Source: Bugula neritina (taxonomy: Eukaryota > Animalia > Bryozoa). Taken from it: 64,000 bases of DNA. Within the stretch, counting starts at the first letter, position 1; every line of letters begins with the position of its first letter. Of the stretch, positions 1 to 42,075 are shown in pieces. Made by a program: the position numbers and the translations under genes. The notes below the pieces were generated by a model, which made no database searches, had not been told where the DNA came from, and saw only the letters and a program-made list of their open reading frames with translations. The DNA is taken from positions 28,069,673-28,133,672 of the forward strand of contig OZ037766.1 in assembly GCA_964035545.1 (NCBI GenBank), given 5' to 3'.

Positions 1-10847
<10,847 letters not shown>

Positions 10848-11314
10848 GGTCGGATATGCTGAGCATATGACTTTCTCTGACTACAGCAATCTGTCAAATG
10901 ACTGTTATATGCTTAGGTTTTCAGAGATTTTTGATAAGAGGAAGTTTTTAGCCTTAGCTAAAAGCATATTTTTATAAAAAACACACCCCTAATATGACAT
11001 TTCCTGATATATATGTGACTCTGATTCTAGCTTTAAATATCACAGCATGTATTATAGAGTGCGTAAAGTGAAACTCAAATTAAATGTCTTTATAATTTTT
11101 CCAATGCCAAATAGAGCCAAAATTAGAAAACTGATATTCAACTCTATTTTAATACTGTCAAAATAGTTGTCATGTGGATTGACAATGATTAATTTAACAT
11201 GAACTGTTTTTTATTGCAGCTATCTTGATTGGTATATCAACATTGATTCTAGCTATTACTGAAGGAATTTTATAAAATGAGCTGATAGCTAACAAAAGCA
11301 ATAAAGATAAAATT

Positions 11315-11540
11315 TTACTTCCCCCACCATTATTATAGAATGGTTTAGTATTGAATATCATTCCACATCTGGTTTAATTATCTAATATCTGATAACTTGG
11401 CAACCTAACTACATTTTGGTATTCAACTGTGTCCATGAAAATAATGTGCAACTGTAAATTTAACTTGAGTAGCATAGAGACAGTTTCATTTTATAGCTCA
11501 GTTTGCTGTCTAGCTTAATCAGCAGTTTTGAAAATTATGT
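11315..11540 (-). promoter_or_regulatory. Conserved non-coding block: probable 5'UTR exon/promoter of gene A
   Basis: Alignable to 41856-42075 upstream of gene B while flanks diverge. Both copies end in a GTAA donor-like site, and both signal-peptide exons carry a conserved TTTGACAG acceptor upstream of the ATG. Confidence 0.55.
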
Positions 11541-11825
11541 GAACAGTTTTACTTTCTATAAAAATACTTTGCATGATTTATAAAAGTAAATAAAATAGTA
11601 CAAAACTAAATTGGCAACATGGCTAATTTCTAGAGGTTAGGCAAAATTCAAATACTAAAATGTAATGTGATTTGCATGTATTGAATAGTTTTAGAGTTTC
11701 AAAATGTGCCATTTGCTAGCCCTGGTCTTTTAGATGAAAGTTCCTGTGAAGTGAAGATCGAAAGACGTGTTTAGTTCTAAACAGTAATGATAATGGCACA
11801 GTAGAAATGAATGATATGTGTTAGA

Positions 11826-12211
11826 TTTTGCCTCCCCCTGCTATCTGTGGTGGTACAAACTGCATGTATACAGCTATAAAACATGATTTTTGCTGTAGAT
11901 CTGAAAGAGAATTTTTATTTACTTGTGTATATTAAGTAAATAAAGATCAGATGCAACCAAATCACAAAGTTTCAATATATTTGTTTTTTCTCATGCAGTG
12001 GCCCATTGTACCCTGGTACTTACCGGGCACAATGGGCCAATTTTTTCCTCATGAAAGTTGTGAAAGAGATAGAAACAACAAACTGATACCTATAATAGAC
12101 AACTGGTATAACATTTAGACCAGAGATTCTTGAACTATAGTAACTTAAAAAACAGACAAATGAGAGCAAAATACTAAAAAGGCTGCCCATTATGCCCCCT
12201 CCCCTTACCTC
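11826..12211 (-). mobile_element. Truncated, diverged, inverted copy of the left end of the 8591-10354 transposon
   Basis: Reverse complement matches ~8591-8965 (shared TTGCTGTAGATCTGAAAGAG, GATAGAAACAACAAACTGATACCT, TTAAAAAACAGACAAATGAGAGCAA); ends in a degenerate TIR followed by TATATA. Confidence 0.7.
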
Positions 12212-12307
12212 TATATATTAAAGAGCTAGTTCTAAACTACCTATACTTTGAAAGTTTTGCAGGATTGCAAAAAATACAGTGAAAGTCTCTCATTGTTTAT
12301 ATCGTAT

Positions 12308-12851
12308 TGTAGTAAACTGTGGGTTATGAATGCAACTAGTGCTTGAACATACTCTTTGCGTTAGAGAGAATAAGCCAAGTATTTGAATACGAATGAAAGA
12401 TAAACTTTATTTGCATCAGATACAGCTTATGTGGTCCTACTACCAGCGAGCTCCAGTAGTAGTCTGAACTACACTGGAACTCGCTGGCTTTTATATACAA
12501 GCGAGACAAAGACATTCCTTTGTTGCCGAGATCGGGGTTCCGAAATGCCGAATATCGGCATTTCGGAAGACCGAAATGCCGATCTCAGCAACAAAGGACA
12601 CACACAAAAGAAAGCAACATTAGCAAAAGAAAAGCACTATTAGTAAAAGAGATATTACATAACTTCAGAATGCGTATTTCAGTAAAATTACATTATGCTG
12701 AAAGCTTAATAACAGTAATCACCATACTTAGGCATTAGCAAGCTAGCTTACTTAACTATAATTACAGCATTAAGAACGATACGCAACAGTATTTATAGTA
12801 TACTGATGCACGCAGTTATTTCAGAACAATAGAGGATGAGAATCCATTACA
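12308..12851 (-). repeat. 3' LTR (544 bp)
   Basis: Near-identical to 18992-19532 (one substitution and a 3-bp indel seen). Minus-strand TATATAAAAG at ~12488-12497 and AATAAA at ~12406-12411. Confidence 0.96.
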
Positions 12852-12861
12852 TTCTCCCCCC
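12852..12861 (-). promoter_or_regulatory. Polypurine tract
   Basis: Minus-strand G-run plus AGAA immediately before the 3' LTR. Confidence 0.85.
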
Positions 12862-13062
12862 ATCGAAAAGCATCCCCTTTTCGATAACAGAACAATGATT
12901 TCACACAAAACAAAAAAAATAAAACAAAAAAGTAGAAAAATATGCGATTAACAGAAAGTATTATGATTAGTCACACGTATCACAATAATTAAACGATAGT
13001 AGTACCCGTAATATATACAGTCCGGGTGGCCAATGCTGGCGGCTCCCAATTGTCCGGTTCAG

Positions 13063-13788
13063 TTATTTGAGGTGGTGCACCAGGCTTTCTATCCCTTCTG
13101 TACAACGGTCAAGGGTACCGGACCAGGCCTCGATTGCGCTATCCAGGACGCACTCTCGGTAAGGAAGTGCCATACTCTGCCCGTGACGGGGCAATTGTGG
13201 GTGGGTTGGCTGAGTCTGTTCTTCTATCTGGCTGCCTGGTGCTCTAGATATCCAATACTGGCGGGCGACCAGGGCCCGAGGCATTGCCAGTATTGGAGAG
13301 TCCTCTTCGTCTCTGCCTGCGAGGTAGTCGCCGTATAGAGTGCCCTGCTCCTCCCCAGCTGTGAGCTGGAGCTCAACCGGTTCGGGGTCAGGGCCACTAA
13401 CGCTGGCGGAACACACCTCGGAAGAGGGGGTGTCGTCCTGCTGGCTGCGGGGAGCCGGAACAGGAGCTGGTGGAGGAGGGGAGTCGGATCGACTGGCCTC
13501 CTCGGTATCCTTACGCTCCTCTGTTTGGGTATGTGCTAGCTGTGTGAAATCTTCTTCTTGGTGGAATTCTCCGGGGTGATGGAGAGAATTTCCAGCCAAG
13601 ATGGGGTGGTCGTCCGTACTGGATGGGTTGTTCTCATGGGGGGGCCACTCCAGGTGCCCTACAGCATAATCTGCCAGATACCTGGGGGGTCTTCTTGACC
13701 GCTGGCTCCTCTCAATTGGAACAGGCACCGGTGGTGTTGGTGGCTCCTGGGCTACCCTAGTAGGGGGGTCCCCGCCTTCACCCAACAC
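13063..13788 (-). CDS. Frameshifted C-terminal extension of Gypsy integrase (Pro/acidic, 241 aa)
   Basis: Overlaps the pol end in another frame and contains [15 protein letters not shown], typical of Gypsy integrase tails. Confidence 0.6.
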   Translation of the reverse strand: MLGEGGDPPTRVAQEPPTPPVPVPIERSQRSRRPPRYLADYAVGHLEWPPHENNPSSTDDHPILAGNSLHHPGEFHQEEDFTQLAHTQTEERKDTEEASRSDSPPPPAPVPAPRSQQDDTPSSEVCSASVSGPDPEPVELQLTAGEEQGTLYGDYLAGRDEEDSPILAMPRALVARQYWISRAPGSQIEEQTQPTHPQLPRHGQSMALPYRECVLDSAIEAWSGTLDRCTEGIESLVHHLK

Positions 13789-16700
13789 GGGGTGGGGGTG
13801 TCCTCCCCCAGGGAGGGTGGTGGTCCTAGGGCTTGCTGCTGTTCCTGTTCCCGCTCCTCTCTCTGCTGTCGCTCCAGCTGTTCTATCAAGGCAGCCTGCT
13901 CCTGGTCTGACTCTCTGGGAACCATAATTTCCACCTCTCGGGGCTGGGTGGCCCGTCCTCGACGGTTGGGCTGACGGTGGGGCTCCAGGAGGGGTGGAGC
14001 CTGACCCACCGCGTCTGGGCTGGCATGGTAAGGTTTGAGGCGCTGCTCGCTCTGGACGGAGATCTGTCCAGAGCGCTCCACACGGTACGTGTGGTTGGGC
14101 AGCACCTCCACTACGCAGTAGGGACCGACGAACTTGGGCTGAAGCTTAGCCGACTGTCCGCGTCGCCTACGGTAGCTCACCATCCAGACCCAGTCTCCCA
14201 CCTGGTACAACGGGGGCTCCTCCGAGTCCTCTGTGCGGGTCTGCCACTGCTGGGTGCGCAGCGCATCATGAGCTTTGCCCATGATGTCCATCAGACCCTC
14301 CACATATTCGTGTACCGGTGACTCGGGGGCAGGAACATGGTACGTCAGGTGTTCCGGGACCCGCGTCTCTCGGCCTAGCATCGGGAAGTTTGGGGTCTCC
14401 TGCGTGGCGGAGTGTGGTGTGCTGCGGTAAGCCTGCATGATCTGCGGCAGCACCACGTCCCATTCTTCCTGACCTCGACCAAGGAGCAGGCTCCGGAGCG
14501 CGTCACCCAACATCCTGTTGTTCCGCTCGACGACTCCGTTCCCTTGCGGGTGATATGGGGTGGTTCGACTCTGGTTCACCCCCCATATCCGGCAGAGGTC
14601 TCCCATGAGCTGGGACTGGAACTGGGCGCCCTGGTCCGTATGTATCTGCTCGGGTAAACCGAGGTAACAGAACACATGTTGGTCCAGGGTCCGGGCCACC
14701 GTGGGGGCGGTTGCGTCTGGAATAGCCAGAGCATCCGCCCACCGGGTAAAGTGGTCCGTGAGCACCAGTATCCAGGTGTTCCCTCTGGCGGATAACGGCA
14801 TAGGCCCGACGAGGTCTACCGCCACTACTTGCCACGGTCGACCAGCGTACAGCCGGCGTCGACCAGTGGTTTCCGTGGGGCGGCCATGCTTGCTAGCTTG
14901 GCAGACCTCGCATTGCCGTACCCGCAGTCGTACGTCCCGAGTCATTCCGGGCCAATACCAACGCAGCCGCAGACACCTGATGACCCGACTGACTCCAGCA
15001 TGAGCCTGCTTATGGGTGTCCCAGATCAGTTCCCGCCGGAGGGCGCGTGGACAGACGACGCGGTCCCTCTCCTGCTGGCGGTTGTCTGCTGCTAACGTTA
15101 TCATCAGGAGGCCATCAGGACTGACCTTAAGGGCATCCCAGCGACGACAGAGGAGTTGGAACTCAACGTCTCCCTGCCGCTGCTGTTCCTCGCTAGGTCG
15201 TCGGCCCTCCTTCTTGGCCCGGAAGATGTCCGCTACCGCGCCGGGTAGCGTCTCCTGGAGGCACAGCTCCTTGACGTTCTGGTGCAGAGTAGGGTTGGCG
15301 TGGAGCGCCTGGACACCGTCCTGGTGGGTTTCGGTCCGAAGATGGCCGTGCTCCCACCGGTAGGCGGTGCCCTCCACTAGCTCTGTTTCCACGTCAAGGC
15401 GAGCGGGTCCCCCGTCCCGCTGTTCAATGTGCAGGCATTGCTTACAGTTCTCTACCGGCCGGCGGCTCATGCCGTCGGCGTTCCCATGCTTCCGGCCTGC
15501 ACGGTGCTCTATACGGTAAGAGAACTCGGCAAGAATCTCTAGCCAACGAGCCACCTGGCTCGAGGGCTCTGCACGTTTACACAGCCATATCAGTGATGCA
15601 TGGTCTGTTCGCAAACGGAACAATTTCCCATACAGATATGGCCGAAAGTGCTTGACCGCCTTGACTACTGCTAGGAGTTCCTTCCTAGTGGTGCAGTAGT
15701 TCTTCTCGGCGGCCGCGAGAGTCTTGCTATAGTAAGCCACGACCACCTCACTTCCACCCTGGACTTGAGACAGGACGGCTCCCACGCTGTGGTCGCTGGC
15801 GTCGGTGTCCAGGATGTACTCCTTGGCTGGATCAGGATACGCCAGGATTGGCGCTTCCATTAGCCGTTGCTTGAGGTGGTCGAATGCCTGCTGCTCCTCC
15901 TGTGTCCACTGCCACCGGACTCCCTTTGCGGTCAGCCGATTTAACGGCTGAGCCACTCCTGCGAAACCAGGTATGTACTGCCGGTAGTACCCTACTAGGC
16001 CCAGGAATGCACGCAACTCAGGGAGGTCGCGGGGGACAGTCCACTCCTTCACAGCTTGTACCTTCTCTGGATTGGTAGCGACCCCATCACGGCCAACCAC
16101 ATGGCCCAGGTATGTGACTTCTGGCTGCAGGAGTGCGCACTTGGAGGGCTTCAGCTTCAGTCCGGCTGCCCGGAGACGGTCAAAGACCTCCCGCAGACGA
16201 CTGACATGAGTCGAAAAGTCTGGGGAGATGACAATGACATCGTCCAGATAGATGAGGAGGGTCTTCCAGTGTAACCCACTGAGGACTTGCTCCATGAGCC
16301 GTTGGAATGTTGCCGGAGCGGACGTTAGTCCGAATGGCAGTACTTTCCACTTCCAGAGCCCGTCGCGAGTAATGAATGCTGCTTTGTCCTGGGCATCAGG
16401 ACTGAGGGGCACTTGCCAGTACCCGCTAAGCAGATCCAAAGTACTGAAGTACTTGCTACCCGCGAGGGCATCTAGAGACTCATCTATCCGTGGGAGAGGG
16501 TAGGCGTCCTGGATGGTAACGCTGTTGAGTCTGCGGTAGTCCACGCAGAATCTCCAGCTACCATCCTTCTTCTTGACCAGGACCACTGGGGAGCTCTACG
16601 CACCGTGGGCAGGCTCAATCAGATCCCGGTCCAGAAGATCCTGTACCTGTCGGCTCACCTCCTTCTCCTTTTCCGGGCCTAGACGTCGGGTAGGCTGCCT

Positions 16701-18059
16701 GATGGGAGTGGTGCCGGCTGCCAGAGGTATCTCGTGGGAGATAACCTTAGTCAGCCCCATGTCTCCATCGCCACGACTGAAGACATCACTGTACTCCGCG
16801 AGTAGTTGAGCCAGTACTTGGCGTTCAGTACTACTCGTTCAGTTTCCGCATGCTCCGCCATACAGGTCAGCCAGGTGCTCCGGGACTGCTCCTCGTCTGG
16901 TGTGAGGGGGGTTTCCCTGGGTGTCGGCCACTGTCTCCAGTGCCGGACCCACATCCGCTTCCTGGATGGAGTGGTACTTCCCTACCAGCGCTCCGGCCGA
17001 TAATCGGACAGGTTCCGTGAAGGGGTTGATGCACTGCACGAGGAGCTCTTGCCGACAATCTAGCCGATTCAGGCTGTTTGCTAGTCGGATGGCTCCGTGC
17101 GTTCCCTCAACCATCCCCAGGCCGGCGATCCCTTTGCAGTTGACTCTGCATCGGAGGGTCACCTGGGATCTCCCCGGAACCGTGCAGTCCCGCACTACCT
17201 GGACTCCGCCCACCAAGGGCCTGCCAAACTTGTCAACACAGACAAGTTCCTTCCCAGCCATCACCACCACTGACTTCTGGAAATCTATGTGACACTGGTG
17301 TTTCTCCAGAAAGGGCATTCCCAAGATGGCGTCCTCCTTCAGCTGGCTGACTATGAACGTCTCGTGAATTGCTTGATCACGGACGCGTCCAGGCAGTGAG
17401 ATGACGCCGTAGAAAGGGATGCATGATCCGTCCGCCAACGTACCATGCGCACCTTCATACGGCTCGAGGCTCGCCCGCTCTCGAGCACCAAGAGTGTCAA
17501 AGAGACGCCTACTCAGCAGGTTTGTAGTGCACCCAGTATCCAGTAGGAATGTGGCAGCTTTACCCGAAATCTTTCCGGGCAGGAAGTAGCTGCTTCTGTA
17601 CGGCTGGGTGCTCCTGGAGCGGTCAGTCTCTGGGGGAGACACAACTTGGGTCCGCACAGCGGGCCTCCTCTTCGTCTTAGAGACAACGGGGGTTTTCTGA
17701 GGTCGGGAGGGTAGCTTGGGGTACTCTTGCGAGTAAGCTGAATCCTCCTCCACAACCTCCTCGGGCAACCCCGCGAACCGGTTACGGAGTGGCCAGGCTG
17801 GAGGATCGGGTAGACCTTGCGGTCTCCGAGATCTCCGAGGTGCCTGCCATCCGGTTTCTTCTAGCTCCATCCGGGTTTCGAGTGGCATGGCAGGAGGATC
17901 GGGTAGACCTTTCGGTCTCCGAGATCTCCGTGGTGCCTGCCACTCGGTACCGGCAGACTCTGTGGAGGTCTCTTCTGTTACCCTCCGAGTCCTATCCCGA
18001 ACGGGATTAGCGTGAGGCCCACGGGTGGCGGAAGTTACCGTGGGCCTTGGGTGTTTAAA
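13752..18059 (-). pseudogene. pol: Gypsy pol (protease, RT, RNase H, integrase) interrupted by two in-frame stops
   Basis: One frame from the slippery site at 18053-18059: protease LLDTGC; TGA 16839-16841; TAG 16596-16598 (GA*SSPVVLV, normally Trp); RT YLDD; RNase H TDASD...ELLAV...TDH; integrase HHCC and VAVDLVGP...TDQG...ERNNR; GPY motif. Confidence 0.93.
18015..18059 (-). promoter_or_regulatory. -1 programmed ribosomal frameshift signal (gag to pol)
   Basis: U UUA AAC in the gag frame, 5-nt spacer, 10-bp GC-rich stem AGGCCCACGG/CCGTGGGCCT; the -1 frame is open into protease. Confidence 0.85.
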
Positions 18060-18940
18060 GGCCTCTGTCCTTTAGGGCAGTGCCTTCTCACATGACCTTG
18101 CATCCTGCACTCCCAACAGGTGGGCAGAGACGGGCGGACAGGGTCGTCCCGCGATCGGGGAGCCCGCCTGTCCGTCTGGTTGCGCTGCAACTCCGACACC
18201 GTAGCCTGCAGGCCTTTCATCATGTTCATCAACATGGTGAGCTGCGTCTGCTCGGGTGATGGAGTTACTGCTGCCGCCACCTGTGGGGTTGGAGATGGGG
18301 GTGCCTCTTCTTCGTCTTTGGCCACCTGGCGAGCTGTGTAGCTTGCCTTCTGAGGCTCTTCTACTTGGAAGTAAGCCTTCCCCATCTTCAGCGCTTCTTC
18401 TATACTGCTGACCTTGGCGGCCAGCCAGTATCGCTGCAGGTCCGGGTGGTTCACGCTCCGGAAGAACGCGTTATAAACGAGGCGCTTTCGGTCGTCGCCA
18501 GTGGCGTGACCGAAAGCAGCCTGAGTCAGGCGCTCTACCTCGTTAGCGTGATCTTCCAGATGTGTTCTTTGGTCTCTCCTCATCACTTGTAGTTGGTCTG
18601 CCGCCTCTTCAGTCGTCAGACCGAACCGGGCCCTGAGAGCCCGCATGATGTGCTCTTCATCAGGCCCAAGAGCGAAGCTCTTGGCCCGGCCTGTCAGACA
18701 GGCCCGAAGTTGAAGGATGCGCACCCGTACTGGCCATTCAGCGATGGTGGCCACATCCTGGAACTCCCTGATGAATTGCTCTACGTCTCCTTCTCCTCCG
18801 AAATTCGGGGGCTGGAGGCGATACCTGTCACCAGGTGATGCCTGTCCTTGCCCCCGCAATTCCTGGAGGGCTGTGACCAACGCCTCAACAGTGAGGGTTG
18901 GTGTCTCCGCTGCCTCAGGGGCTGGGTCCCCTGGGGCCAT
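18035..18940 (-). CDS. gag: Gypsy Gag (301 aa)
   Basis: First ORF after the PBS; PPNFGGEGDVEQFIREF capsid-like motif; CCHC knuckle CWECRMQGHVRRHC. Confidence 0.92.
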   Translation of the reverse strand: MAPGDPAPEAAETPTLTVEALVTALQELRGQGQASPGDRYRLQPPNFGGEGDVEQFIREFQDVATIAEWPVRVRILQLRACLTGRAKSFALGPDEEHIMRALRARFGLTTEEAADQLQVMRRDQRTHLEDHANEVERLTQAAFGHATGDDRKRLVYNAFFRSVNHPDLQRYWLAAKVSSIEEALKMGKAYFQVEEPQKASYTARQVAKDEEEAPPSPTPQVAAAVTPSPEQTQLTMLMNMMKGLQATVSELQRNQTDRRAPRSRDDPVRPSLPTCWECRMQGHVRRHCPKGQRPLNTQGPR

Positions 18941-18971
18941 CTTCTTTCTTCCAGCAACTAGCTATTCGTAT

Positions 18972-18990
18972 AATCCCACCGCTGCCACCA
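18972..18990 (-). promoter_or_regulatory. Primer binding site, tRNA-Leu
   Basis: TGGTGGCAGCGGTGGGATT, 1 nt inside the 5' LTR boundary, complementary to the animal tRNA-Leu 3' end (...AATCCCACCGCTGCCACCA). Confidence 0.9.
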
Positions 18991-18991
18991 A

Positions 18992-19532
18992 TGTAGTAAA
19001 CTGTGGGTTATGAATGCAACTAGTGCTTGAACATACTCTTTGCGTTAGAGAGAATAAGCCAAGTATTTGAATACGAATGAAAGATAAACTTTATTTGCAT
19101 CAGATACAGCTTATGTGGTCCTACTACCAGCAAGCTCCAGTAGTAGTCTGAACTACACTGGAACTCGCTGGCTTTTATATACAAGCGAGACAAAGACATT
19201 CCTTTGTTGCCGAGATCGGGGTTCCGAAATGCCGAATATCGGCATTTCGGAAGACCGAAATGCCGATCTCAGCAACAAAGGACACACACAAAAGAAAGCA
19301 ACATTAGCAAAAGAAAAGCACTATTAGTAAAAGAGATATTACATAACTTCAGAATGCGTATTTCAGTAAAATTACATTATGCTGAAAGCTTAACAGTAAT
19401 CACCATACTTAGGCATTAGCAAGCTAGCTTACTTAACTATAATTACAGCATTAAGAACGATACGCAACAGTATTTATAGTATACTGATGCACGCAGTTAT
19501 TTCAGAACAATAGAGGATGAGAATCCATTACA
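18992..19532 (-). repeat. 5' LTR (541 bp)
   Basis: Direct repeat of 12308-12851. Confidence 0.96.
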
Positions 19533-21039
19533 GTATTATATTTTGTGAATTGGAAGAGTTTACAAAAGTACCATTGTTGGTTTTTAAAAAATGACAACCA
19601 GATGTGACATCATCAGTGAAAACAATGTTTATGGTTACTTGTAATATCAACATTATCAACATTTGATAATTTGAAAAATTAGAAAAACATTTGCAATTAA
19701 TGTATTAGTTGGATTAGTAAACGATATACTTAGCTCTTGACTGCATCTGTTGCAGTACCAAGAGAATGCATTAGCACAGTATGGTTCTTTCTAGTTTTCT
19801 AGCATAATAGTTTGCAGCATAGCGCGTTCCTAGCCGAATGATTTTCTGGTGCCAAACCCTTTACTTTTATCTAGGCTTGGAACTGGCTGGGTATTGCACT
19901 GGCTTGTACACTCTCCGGGCAAAATTATGTATTCATGCATTATATTATGGAGAGTATATAGATACATATTATATAGCTGTGTTTTTCACGCTATCTTTTA
20001 AAGCTATTACCGAGTTCTATTTAAACTCTTCTCTGATCACCTAATTAGATGATTTTACATCTAACTCACACTTTGTTTACATTGAAACAAACTGTTTTAT
20101 GCTTTTAAATACAATAGATGATGGAATGTAGCTTGAATTTTGTAAGATGATCTTATTACTGGGGAATAGAAATGCAAGCATAGCTGAAAACTCTCTTATA
20201 GTTGTCAAGGATTACGTAGTGCACCCTGTATGTTATAGCTTATTCTTCACTATACTATAATATAGTCTGATATACTGCAAAATTAATTTTCTGTTGGTAT
20301 GCAGTAAACCTTATTCAAACCACAATGGTACATTGTTTAAGCACTACATATTTTACACAATGAAGCCTCTGGTAGTCTCTCAGTTTCATATTCCCGTTGA
20401 GGAAGAAATGAGGCAAAATTTTAAAACCTCTTTTGTCCTCATGCAAAGCATGTGTGCATGTGATGGTTCTTTAGTTGAACTTTTTGCTAGCTACAGTTTG
20501 AATAAGGAAATATTTGGCAGTCTTCCACTTTGGAATTTAAAATATTATTTAAACTAAGTACTATTACAGGCTAGGATAGGCAAGCCTAGGCTAATCGACA
20601 ATGTGACTATTAAACATGCACTGTTTGCTAATAGGCTTGTGCAGCAAGACAAGGCTTGGTCTGTCCACACACTGCGTTTCCACTACTTCAAATGAATCCA
20701 CATGGGTGCAGCTCGTACTAGTGGAATTTTAGTTTTGGTTTGCATCAACTTGTAGTTGTGGCTTTATTAGATGCAACTGTTTTCAAAAACCAAATGAAAA
20801 ATCCTCTCAGCAATGAAAACGAAGAGACAAATGTAGGCAATACAAATTTAAACTGATCAACTTCTTTGATTCTTCATTATAGGCTATGCTCTAGCTAGTA
20901 TAATCGTGACGGATAGAAATTATTATGACTATGCAAATGGTATGTTTAATATTTCATGTTGTTTCAGTCAAAATTTGTTCGGCTGCTGCATGGGTAGTAA
21001 AGGATAAACTTACGTAACTGAATTTTTTTCACATACATT

Positions 21040-21320
21040 TGTCATTTTACTCAATTTAGTACACACTGGAAATCTCCATGCAGTTTTTAACTATTTTTCA
21101 CAAGTTAGCTGCTAATAAACAAGGGCTTTTGCCCGAAACTAGGAAAATATGAATGAATACACCTAAATAATTAAGGTTCTTTTTAATTTTGCTTGATTTC
21201 TTATGTGTTTTCCTAATTATTTGGGTACTTTTGATTGTAGAGTGTTATGAAAAATCCATTGCTCTCCGAAATCAAAAGTAGCTGAAAAATTAGAAAAAAT
21301 TAATAAAGTAATAAAGCTAA
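21040..21320. mobile_element. Partial copy of the foldback MITE at 62958-63360
   Basis: Shared GTCATTTTACT..ATTTAGTACACACTG.AAATCTCCA and TTAAGGTTCTTTTTAATTTTGCTTGATTTC. Confidence 0.65.
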
Positions 21321-22695
21321 ATATTACTGAAGCAGTTTTAGTGTAGAGTATATTTATTTTGTCTTCTGGAGTGCTATATTGGTCAAAGCTAAAAGTAAAG
21401 CTATTAATATCAAAATAAAGATTTTTTAAAGTTGTTTTCTCTTGATTGTAAGTAAACCACCTTTGCATATTTACAGCTTAACGACTATAATATTATTTCT
21501 ACTGGGCTACTTCAAAACTTAATATAAACTTCAAGCTGTTATAACGTCACTTATTTAATGCTAGCTGCAGGGCTTAAATAAGTTTACCTGATTGCACTAA
21601 TTTTTATGTTTTTGTAACAAGTACTAATGCAAAAATAAAAACAAAAGTATAAAAGCTGTAATAATTGGAGTTGTCAGTTCATGAACAAGAATAAACTAAA
21701 TTCAATTTTTATGTGCATTTAATGCATTGTGGTCTTTTTATTGCAACTTAATTACTACTGAGGTTTGAGCAAACTGCTACATTTTAGATTTAGCATCATA
21801 CAAAACTACCTCATACAGTAAATCAGTTGTTTTGTTTTATAGAAAGTTATTAATTATCTTACTTAGAGGAATAAAACCCTATATTTTAGTGCTTTTCTAG
21901 AACATAGGTTCATGTTTTTGTTCGTCTTATATATGTGGTCTAAATAAAATATGCAAATATAATAGGATACATGCATATATTATATAATCATGCAAACAAT
22001 ATAATTAAGCTCCAGCTTCAATTTATTAACTATACAAAATTATAACTTTTATATATGCACTCAAACATTGATTGAAATTTTCATCACAGCATGTGTTATT
22101 TTTATTGCTGTTAATCAGAATATCAACTAATATTTTTAAATCGTTTAACCATTACAACACTATGCAACTGAAATTGCAAATTTAAGACAAAAAAGTAATA
22201 TATCAAGGTTTATTAATCATAGTGAACTTTTTTGCCTAACTTTCATTATTTGAAGACTGTGTTGCAATTTAAAGCAGATATTTATTTGCATACATACTCA
22301 ATAAATAGATAAATGTGTTAATGTATTTTGTGATTATAAACAGCATTTAAGTGTTATGCCTTAAAATTCTAATGTTACTTTATAGTGTAAACTATATTTA
22401 AGTAAAACAAACAGCATAAGTTTGAGAAAACTACTAGAATAAGCATGCCAAGGTAACATATCCTAAAAGTATAACATCTAAAATTTGACGCAATGATTAT
22501 ATTTATACTCAAAGCATCAAAACACCTGCAATAAGAAAATGAATACATTATTACTGTTTTTTCTACTTCAGTTTCTCTTTGCGTCACCTACTAGAAAGTT
22601 CCGAATCGTGTACAGGAAAACACTAAATCACTTTAATCTCCAAGTATGAAAGCTGTATCTACTCAACTCAAATAGTAGAACATGATTATAAACTT

Positions 22696-41390
<18,695 letters not shown>

Positions 41391-41855
41391 TGTCGAATAT
41401 GCTAAGCATATGACTTACTCTGACTGCAGTAATCTGTCAAATGGCATTTTATGTTTAGACTGTTTAGAGATATTTTCCCTTATCTCAAAGCCATTTTTGT
41501 GAAAATCACACCCATTTTTCCTAATATGGGTAATTCGGCTTCTAGCTTAAAACAGCATATCTATATAACAAGTAAAGCTCAATTTTAATAATGCAAGGCT
41601 TGCTTATGCATACGTAATTGTTCAATTGTCAAATTGAGCCCTAACTGGAAAATTTATATTGTTAAACAGTGAAAAGCAGTGCATAAATGCTTAAAGCTGT
41701 TAAAATAATTAAAATTCTGCATAAAAAATAACTCTCACATTTAAGGCTTTTATAGCAAGTATAATGTTGACTGATACAAACTTCCCTTTTATTATCATTA
41801 CCACATTTTGAATGTTAATGAGCTTAGCTGCTATGTGAGAATGGCTGATAAAATA

Positions 41856-42075
41856 TTACTTCCCAGACCATTATTTTGATTGTTTAGTATTGAATCTCAT
41901 CTCACATCTGGTTTATCTATTCAAGAGCTGATAACTTGACAACTTAACTAGACTTCCATATTCAATTGTATTCATGGGAATAACCTGTAGCTATAATTTT
42001 AATTTGAGTCGCAGTTATAGTGAGAAAGTTTCATTTTAAAGCTCAGTCTTCTATCAAGCCAGTTTTGAGTTTTGT
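41856..42075 (-). promoter_or_regulatory. Conserved non-coding block: probable 5'UTR exon/promoter of gene B
   Basis: Homologous to 11315-11540. Confidence 0.55.

Larger units (their letters stand above)
12308..19532 (-). mobile_element. Full-length Ty3/Gypsy LTR retrotransposon (pol disabled)
   Basis: TG...CA LTRs 12308-12851 and 18992-19532; GTAT TSD at 12304-12307 and 19533-19536; gag-PR-RT-RH-IN order; PBS and PPT present. Confidence 0.97.

Noticed and set aside
13063-13788. Possible env gene
   Set aside because: No signal peptide or TM segment; it carries an integrase-tail motif and overlaps the pol end.
13033-19013. Many short plus-strand and alternate-frame ORFs in the retrotransposon
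   Set aside because: Shadow ORFs of GC-rich gag/pol with no recognisable motifs.
19540-21000. Possible additional exons or elements between the LTR and gene B
   Set aside because: No recognisable domain motifs, TIRs or TSDs that I could support.
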